Source: a virus
Lineage: Duplodnaviria > Heunggongvirae > Uroviricota > Caudoviricetes
IMG/VR virus record: IMGVR_UViG_2724679293_000014
Coordinates: 1-13,646 of that record
Reading direction: 5' to 3' (one strand)
Length of the DNA stretch: 13,646 nt
Shown here: one piece after another, positions 8,847-13,646 of the stretch
Layout of the letters: the number at the start of each line of letters is the position of its first letter
Numbering within the stretch: position 1 is the stretch's first letter
Made by a program: the position numbers and the translations under genes
Notes under the pieces: model-generated
What the model was told of the DNA's origin: nothing
Databases searched by the model: none
What the model saw: the letters and a program-made list of their open reading frames with translations, nothing else

Positions 8847-9043
8847 GCATGCACATTCTTTTTCTTGCATGGTGCCGGGTGCCTCCCGGTGAATTCAGTA
8901 TCAGCACCTGAATCCGCGATTATCACATATACCTACTTGCTGATTGCCCCTCCGCACAGGGGGATTCACCATGCAGTAGTATTTTTAATAAACAGCAAAT
9001 AAAAAAATCAAGCATTATGCAGGCTGTTTCTTTTTATCACCGG

Positions 9044-9175
9044 CTACAGCAATACCACAATGCCGCAGACCAGCACCCCATCCGCCAGCACCGACATGAT
9101 TCTGCTGGTGAAATCCACCATCACCACCAGAAACAGCAGGAGTGCAGCCACAGCCAGGCGCAGTTTTACCGTCAC
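9044..9175 (-). CDS. Hypothetical 43-aa two-helix membrane peptide, GTG start overlapping the TGA of the TerB-like frame (GTGA)
   Basis: Hand translation VTVKLRLAVAALLLFLVVMVDFTSRIMSVLADGVLVCGIVVLL. Two other frames are also open here (track ORF 9015..9302), so coding status is uncertain. Confidence 0.25.
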   Translation of the reverse strand: MTVKLRLAVAALLLFLVVMVDFTSRIMSVLADGVLVCGIVVLL

Positions 9176-9607
9176 AGGTGATTCTCCAGACGAAGACCCA
9201 GAACACCGGCAATCTCTTCCAGCACCTTGCGCTCTTCCGGCTCAATTTCGCCGTCTGCCTCCGCAATGGCCACCGCCACATCCAGCACATCTTCCGCTTC
9301 ACGCGTATCGTGTTTCACATCCTCGATCTCACGTAACGCCGCACGACGACCAGTTTTAAAGTTCGTATCCAGCTGACCGATAATGGTTGCGCTAATCGCA
9401 TTAATTTCTGACGTAAACGCGGACAGCGCAGGCTGATTACGCAGTACCTGTTCGATCTTCGCTTTCTAGGAAGCCTCACATTCACCATCTGCACAGGCCA
9501 CCAGGTAGGCAGCATTAATAACCGCCTGTGCCAGATCGCGTTTCTCAAACTTTCCTTTTTCCGGTTAACGTGACACACCAATAACTCTTGTCGAAAAAGC
9601 CAGCAAG
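9172..9607 (-). pseudogene. TerB-family (tellurite-resistance TerB-like fold) gene remnant, disrupted by an in-frame amber codon and at least one frameshift, with no usable start
   Basis: Minus-strand hand translation: ...GFFDKSYWCVTLTGK (frame 1), then a frame change within ggaaaaagg, then PEKGKFEKRDLAQAVINAAYLVACADGECEAS-TAG-KAKIEQVLRNQPALSAF...VAVAIAEADGEIEPEERKVLEEIAGVLGLRLENHL. This aligns in order with E. coli TerB as recalled (MSFFDK...FMQGTVAVCARIAVASDG...IAVAKSDGNFDDDEKSAVREIARSLGF). The amber is at plus coordinates 9466-9468. Confidence 0.55.
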
Positions 9608-9667
9608 CTGAAAGACCGGTATTCACAACCACCAGCGCGTTTACTGTACTGGCGTGATTTCAGTCAT

Positions 9668-9692
9668 AAAAAAACCCGCCTGGCGACGGGTG
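9668..9692 (-). terminator. tR'-like intrinsic terminator ending a roughly 60-nt pR' leader transcript
   Basis: Minus strand ACACCCGTCGCCAGGCGGGTTTTTTT, about 40-60 nt downstream of the predicted pR' start. Confidence 0.5.
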
Positions 9693-9738
9693 TAAAAAAT
9701 CTTCTAACGTCAGGCATAAAACGCCCATCGTTAGGGCA

Positions 9739-9766
9739 AATTTACCACAGATTCGGGAAAAATCAA
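9739..9766 (-). promoter_or_regulatory. Late promoter pR' with Q-utilisation region (-35 TTGATT, -10 TAAATT, then AACGATGGG pause-type sequence)
   Basis: Minus strand TTGATTTTTCCCGAATCTGTGGTAAATTTGCCCTAACGATGGGCG compares with lambda pR' TTGACTTATTGAATAAAATTGGGTAAATTTGACTCAACGATGGG from memory; it lies immediately downstream of the Q stop codon. Confidence 0.65.
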
Positions 9767-9771
9767 CAAAG

Positions 9772-10593
9772 CTATCTGGTCACCTTTTTCAGTTGTTGTT
9801 CTGCCCATGCTTCTTCAATATCAAACTGCACCACCAGCGTATCGTAAAAACGTTTAACTGTTTTTTTCCATGTATCAAGAGATATGGCATCGGTTACATT
9901 ACATATGGCATTAAATGCCTCCGTTGAAGGTAATCTTTCATAGCCACGACCACCACAACGCTGGCAGTCTCTGATAACAGGCATACCACGTTTTACCGAC
10001 TCTTCACGATGAATGGCAACACCGCGCCCACGACAATCTTTACAGGCGGTGGAAACCTCCCCCTTCCCTCCACACTCCGGACAGGCAACTTTTACCACCT
10101 CCCTGACTTTTTTCCATTCCTCCCAGTAAGACGGATACACGCCTTTTGTGCACTTTGCCCACACTGGCGGCTTACCATCCGGATACTGGATCTTGTTTGT
10201 AAAAACCTCGCTTTCAATAAATTTTTTTCCGTGACAACAGGGGCACTGTTTTTTGCTCGCCGCGCTACGGGCATAATCTTCAAACGCATACGAAGCCATA
10301 ATACGCATCACTGCCGGTTTTATTTCTGCCGGGAGTTTTCTTAACGCCGCCACGCGATCACACCGACTGAGTGCATATTCTGTCAGCAATTCTGTTGCCC
10401 GCTCTCTGTCATTCATACTAATGCCCATTTTCCCAAGGAACGCAGAAAACCCCATCTCAGCCCAATTCTGTGTCATGCCCTGCGCGGCCATCACATCAGT
10501 GATACTCAGCGTATCTTTCGACGTTGAGGCCGATGCATCAGTCAGGCCGAGGGATTTTGGGGAGTAGTATTTCGGTAAATCTTCCAGTTTCAT
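9772..10593 (-). CDS. Q: Late-gene antiterminator Q (lambda Q family), 273 aa, with an enlarged Cys-rich zinc-binding region
   Basis: KYYSPKS, TDVMAA and YDTLVVQFDIEE motifs match lambda Q (KFHSPKS, TDVMAA, YDALVVQCHKEE). About 65 extra residues carry four CxxC motifs (CPCC, CPEC, CKDC, CQRC). The ATG overlaps the rusA stop as ATGA. Confidence 0.9.
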   Translation of the reverse strand: MKLEDLPKYYSPKSLGLTDASASTSKDTLSITDVMAAQGMTQNWAEMGFSAFLGKMGISMNDRERATELLTEYALSRCDRVAALRKLPAEIKPAVMRIMASYAFEDYARSAASKKQCPCCHGKKFIESEVFTNKIQYPDGKPPVWAKCTKGVYPSYWEEWKKVREVVKVACPECGGKGEVSTACKDCRGRGVAIHREESVKRGMPVIRDCQRCGGRGYERLPSTEAFNAICNVTDAISLDTWKKTVKRFYDTLVVQFDIEEAWAEQQLKKVTR

Positions 10594-10964
10594 TTTTTGA
10601 CCTGCCCTTCAAGCATTATGGGGTAAATCTTCACCCCCAGACGTCCACCAGATACTGGCTGACCACGAACGATATTGATTTCATCAAACTGCTCATCGTC
10701 CATTAACACTCCCGCATGCGTCAGCGCATCCAGCGGTGCTTTCAGGATATTGTCCAGGTCGCGACGACGCTTATCCGGTGGCTCTGCAATCACCTTTATC
10801 GCCAGCCTTCCGGACAGGATTAATTTCAGCCGCTGCTGGCGAACAATAAGCGCCACAGCCCGGCGATAACGCTTTCCCTCCTCCGAGATAAAATATGTGC
10901 TGCCACGACGTCGCCAGTAGGTGTTCACCGTTGGCGGGTAAGGTAAAACCAAATCTATGAGCAT
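10590..10964 (-). CDS. rusA: Holliday junction resolvase RusA (crossover junction endodeoxyribonuclease), 124 aa
   Basis: MLIDLVLPYPPTVNTYWRRRG...DLDNILKAPLDALTHAGVLMDDEQFDEINIVRG is the characteristic RusA pattern; good SD (AGAGGTGA); typical position just upstream of Q. Confidence 0.9.
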   Translation of the reverse strand: MLIDLVLPYPPTVNTYWRRRGSTYFISEEGKRYRRAVALIVRQQRLKLILSGRLAIKVIAEPPDKRRRDLDNILKAPLDALTHAGVLMDDEQFDEINIVRGQPVSGGRLGVKIYPIMLEGQVKK

Positions 10965-10976
10965 CAGTCACCTCTT

Positions 10977-12026
10977 TTACCCAAGCACGCCAGTTGCAAA
11001 GGCGTGATCAAGAAAACGAAAAATTAAATCAACCTGAGAGCCATGCTTTTCTTCGAACGCCAGCGGATCCGCATGAAGCTCGTTGTGATGCTCCCGACAC
11101 AGCGGTAGCGTGAAAATATCGTGAGATTTTGTCCCCATTCCGCCCTGACCATGACCAATCAGGTGATGGGGATCGTCGGCTGGCTTACCACAACACGCAC
11201 ACGGCTGAGTCTTCACCCAGCGTGTGTATTTCTCGTTAACCCAGCGGCGACGTTTAGGTCGTTTCATGAAAGATTCCGGAGACTCAGGATCAACGGCAAT
11301 GCTGACCACCGTCTTTTCCTGTGGTGGGTTCTGTTGCTGGTGGGCGTGAGGCAACGGTGCAAGATTTTTTGTGCGCTGTTTCAATATGCTGGTGGCGGTC
11401 TGCTCTCCCGGTACGATGTCGCTTTCGCGGTACACCGAGCAGATTTTTTCCGCTGGTAATCCCAGCGAGCGACGTAATACCGCTTCCGGTAGCGCGTCCG
11501 CCAGCTGATTGCGGACCGCCCACCAGGATAATTCAGCCAGAGATAATTCACGCTCCTGCGTACCGCTTATTGCGTGACCGATGACGTCAATCATCCATGC
11601 TGACAGGTTTTGATGAGCAAGTTGCTCGAGTGATTCGGATGTCTGGTCACGCAGCTGGTTGTCGCAGTGCCAGCACAACACCATTGCGCCGGTACCATAT
11701 CGGTGAATAACGGTTTCGCTGTGATGATAATCGCCGTGTGGCCACTGGCAGGATTTAATATGGCGCAACAGCCAGTCAGACAATGCACCAGCACCACCAG
11801 CAGCACGAATTACCCGTGCGTTACTGAAAAACGGCAGCAATGTTTTGTCTTCCACCAGCGGCTGGCGAACGGCAGGAACGACCCCGGACGGCAGATTACG
11901 CATGCTTTTCGGTTCCGGCTCCACCAGTAACCGGGTATTGTGGAATACCGGCATGGATTCACGGCCCGGCTTAACGATCACCAGCCCGAGTTCCGGTACC
12001 AGAACAGGTCGAAGTAATACCCGCAC
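10977..12026 (-). CDS. YdfU-like prophage protein (DUF968-type) with Cys/His clusters and a C-terminal HNH-type nuclease motif, 349 aa
   Basis: GTG start with strong SD (GGAGGTAAC-GTG). C-terminal CACCGKPADDPHHLIGHGQGGMGTKSHDIFTLPLCREHHNELHAD and an N-terminal CxxC...HxxH cluster. Same position and length as ydfU of the K-12 Qin prophage as I recall it. Confidence 0.75.
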   Translation of the reverse strand: MRVLLRPVLVPELGLVIVKPGRESMPVFHNTRLLVEPEPKSMRNLPSGVVPAVRQPLVEDKTLLPFFSNARVIRAAGGAGALSDWLLRHIKSCQWPHGDYHHSETVIHRYGTGAMVLCWHCDNQLRDQTSESLEQLAHQNLSAWMIDVIGHAISGTQERELSLAELSWWAVRNQLADALPEAVLRRSLGLPAEKICSVYRESDIVPGEQTATSILKQRTKNLAPLPHAHQQQNPPQEKTVVSIAVDPESPESFMKRPKRRRWVNEKYTRWVKTQPCACCGKPADDPHHLIGHGQGGMGTKSHDIFTLPLCREHHNELHADPLAFEEKHGSQVDLIFRFLDHAFATGVLG

Positions 12027-12027
12027 G

Positions 12028-12306
12028 TTACCTCCAGATGCGTTGCTGGAATGTGCGGGACGGACGCGGTGGGCGTTCGGAGTAAGGAAGCCTGACGGAG
12101 ATTATCCAGTGACGGTAGTCGAGGCTAAGGGCTTTTTTAACCTCGTATCCGCGCCTGCGGTAACACTGAATTATCCATTCAGCCTGCTCTTCAGTGCATG
12201 GTGGATGCTGGAACCAGTCCGATTTGAATGCATGAAAACGCCGTCCGCACCTGCTGGCAAAGACGGCAGAATCATCAGAATTGTGTAATTTGGTATCGTG
12301 CGCCAT
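12028..12306 (-). CDS. Hypothetical small protein (Rem-position gene), about 92 aa from the ATG at 12306
   Basis: The track ORF starts at a TTG (12417) with no SD; the internal ATG at 12306 has an AGAAGAGA-type SD. Its TAA stop lies inside the SD of the downstream YdfU-like gene, suggesting coupling. Confidence 0.45.
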   Translation of the reverse strand: MAHDTKLHNSDDSAVFASRCGRRFHAFKSDWFQHPPCTEEQAEWIIQCYRRRGYEVKKALSLDYRHWIISVRLPYSERPPRPSRTFQQRIWR

Positions 12307-12571
12307 CGGTTGTCTCTTCTGGCGCAGCAGGTGCCAGTTGTTCAGGCTGGCGTATAAAGTATAAATAAACTGGTTCCAGTGTAAAGCCCCTACATTAATG
12401 GAATAAAAGTCAAACAACAGATTGCTGGGATAAACACAACGCTTATTATTAAAAGCGATTAGATAAATTAAATTTTAATGTTATGCAATTTTACCAGATC
12501 ACCATAACATCTCGTTTGAAACCACCGAAACAACAACCATATCAATATTGATTATGTTAAAGTGAGTAAAT

Positions 12572-12658
12572 ATGGAAAACAACAAATCTGCACATTACGC
12601 TCCTTTTTTATCTGTGATACTTTTTGTTTTATGCTGTGTGTGGGCATTATTTTTATAA
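12572..12658 (+). CDS. Candidate 28-aa hydrophobic peptide (MENNKSAHYAPFLSVILFVLCCVWALFL), convergent on hokD
   Basis: ATG with weak SD (GTGAG) in an AT-rich intergenic region; single predicted transmembrane helix; below the track cutoff. Speculative. Confidence 0.2.
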   Translation: MENNKSAHYAPFLSVILFVLCCVWALFL

Positions 12659-12667
12659 AAATATTTA

Positions 12668-12696
12668 CAGATAAAATAAACCCGCCGAAGCGGGTT
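12668..12696 (-). terminator. Rho-independent terminator ending the relB-relE-hokD operon
   Basis: Minus strand AACCCGC-ttcg-GCGGGTT followed by TATTTTATC. Confidence 0.55.
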
Positions 12697-12764
12697 AAGC
12701 GCGGGTGCGTTGAGGATGCCTGACACATCAGAGGCGGCGAGGGATTTCTCCCTCGCCAAGTCTC

Positions 12765-12920
12765 TTACTCCTCAGGTTCGTAGACTGTGAAGACAGCGAC
12801 CTCCGTCTGGCCGGTTCGGATTCGTACCTCGCAGAGGTCTTTCCTCGTTACCAGTGTCGTCACTATGACGGTTAAACAGATGACGATCAGGGCGATTAAC
12901 ATCGCCTTTTGCTGCTTCAT
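12765..12920 (-). CDS. hokD: Hok-family type I toxin HokD (RelF), 51 aa
   Basis: Hand translation MKQQKAMLIALIVICLTVIVTTLVTRKDLCEVRIRTGQTEVAVFTVYEPEE, essentially the K-12 HokD sequence as recalled. Not in the track because it is shorter than the cutoff. Confidence 0.9.
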   Translation of the reverse strand: MKQQKAMLIALIVICLTVIVTTLVTRKDLCEVRIRTGQTEVAVFTVYEPEE

Positions 12921-12991
12921 AGCCTGCTTCCCCTGTCAACGCAAAGCAGAAGTGTCACCTTCGGTGCGAAACAGAGATGTCATGCTTTGGT

Positions 12992-13279
12992 TCAGAGAAT
13001 GCGTTTGACCGCCTCGCTATATACTTCCGAGCGTTCTCTTTTCCCAACAGAAATCACGAAAACGACAACTTTCTCGTCTATAACCTGGTATACAAGGCGA
13101 TAGCCTGAAGACCGGAGCTTAATCTTGTAACAATCAGGCATACCACGGAGCTTGTTTGCTTCAATCCGGGGTGACTCAAGTACTTCAACCAGCTTCTTTT
13201 TCAACTGTTCACGTACCGTCGAGCCCAGCTTTCGCCATTCCTTTAGTGCCCGCTCGTCAAAATCCAGAAAATACGCCAT
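12992..13279 (-). CDS. relE: RelE mRNA interferase toxin, 95 aa
   Basis: MAYFLDFDERALKEWRKLGSTVREQLKKKLVEVLESPRIEANKLRGMPDCYKIKLRSSGYRLVYQVIDEKVVVFVISVGKRERSEVYSEAVKRIL matches E. coli RelE. Confidence 0.95.
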   Translation of the reverse strand: MAYFLDFDERALKEWRKLGSTVREQLKKKLVEVLESPRIEANKLRGMPDCYKIKLRSSGYRLVYQVIDEKVVVFVISVGKRERSEVYSEAVKRIL

Positions 13280-13518
13280 CAGAGTTCATCCAGCGTCACA
13301 CGTACTGGCTTAGGATTACGAAGCCGTTCTTTCACTATCTCCACAAGTTCAGCATCTTCATCACTCAGGAGTGTCTGTTTGAACGGCAAGCGTTCATTGT
13401 CAGCGATATACTCGAGCATGAGACGAAGCGCTTCAGAAGGAGTTACACCCATTTTTTCAAGCGCGGCGTAAGAACGCGCTTTAAGTTCATCGTCAATACG
13501 CAGGTTAATGCTACCCAT
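13279..13518 (-). CDS. relB: RelB antitoxin, 79 aa
   Basis: MGSINLRIDDELKARSYAALEKMGVTPSEALRLMLEYIADNERLPFKQTLLSDEDAELVEIVKERLRNPKPVRVTLDEL matches E. coli RelB; its stop overlaps the relE start. Confidence 0.95.
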   Translation of the reverse strand: MGSINLRIDDELKARSYAALEKMGVTPSEALRLMLEYIADNERLPFKQTLLSDEDAELVEIVKERLRNPKPVRVTLDEL

Positions 13519-13529
13519 GTCTTACACCT

Positions 13530-13580
13530 CTTGTAATTACAAATGTCATTACAAGTATCGCACTACAACATGCTTAGGGC
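13530..13580 (-). promoter_or_regulatory. relO: relBE promoter and operator (palindromic TTGTAAT repeats)
   Basis: cttgtaattacaaatgtcattacaag palindrome at 13530-13555 immediately upstream of the relB ATG; candidate -10 GATACT and -35 TTGCCC on the minus strand. Confidence 0.7.
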
Positions 13581-13646
13581 AAGTCACGAAGGAAGTCAGA
13601 AAGTAGTCGTAAGAACGGTGATCACTGTCCGCTTTGTGCCAGGAGC

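Noticed and set aside
9015-9632. Track ORFs 9015..9302, 9060..9359, 9142..9336 and 9315..9632 as genes
   Set aside because: They are alternative or antisense frames across the TerB-like remnant, with Arg/Gly/Pro-rich low-complexity translations and no family resemblance; the TerB-like frame explains the region better.
8602-9771. Shiga toxin (stxA/stxB) genes or tRNA genes between Q and nanS-p
   Set aside because: No ORF with an Stx-like signal peptide or A/B subunit pattern, and no tRNA-like T-arm or acceptor motifs; the interval instead holds the TerB-like remnant and terminators.
11121-12288. Track ORFs embedded in or antisense to the YdfU-like gene
   Set aside because: Overlapped by the 349-aa ORF, which has a strong SD and conserved Cys/His motifs.
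12028-12417. Full 129-aa version of the Rem-position ORF starting at 12417
   Set aside because: The start is a TTG with no ribosome-binding site; the internal ATG at 12306 with an SD is more plausible, though the true start is uncertain.
12700-12990. sok antisense RNA / mok leader for hokD
   Set aside because: No convincing promoter-plus-terminator antisense unit was recognised at the hokD 5' end; consistent with my recollection that hokD lacks them, but not proven here.

Overview
This window is a reverse-oriented segment of a lambdoid (lambda/Qin-like) enterobacterial prophage; almost every real gene is on the minus strand. Calls are from reading the six-frame track and the DNA by eye against remembered family sequences; no search was run, and hand-counted coordinates of non-track features may be off by 1-2 nt. 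In phage-map order (high to low coordinate): relB-relE-hokD toxin-antitoxin cluster with its operator; a Rem-position small gene; a YdfU-like protein with an HNH-type motif; RusA resolvase; antiterminator Q; a lambda-like late promoter pR' with a short terminated leader; a disrupted TerB-family gene remnant plus a coupled small membrane ORF, in the slot where Stx phages carry stx; intrinsic terminators; sialate O-acetylesterase NanS-p; pinholin S; a convergent plus-strand moron ORF; SAR endolysin R; a terminator and a 37-aa membrane ORF inserted ahead of Rz/Rz1; an AT-rich regulatory island with a PerC-like and a ribbon-helix-helix-like small protein; a complete lambda-type cos site; terminase Nu1 and A; and the start of W. 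No stx, bor, tRNA, CRISPR, integrase or IS element was seen. The most unusual content is in the moron slots: the TerB remnant, the two insertions inside the lysis cassette, the duplicated promoter/terminator-like modules between nanS-p and S, and the regulator pair beside cos. I did not find a clearly novel multi-gene system, and none of these is established as one.
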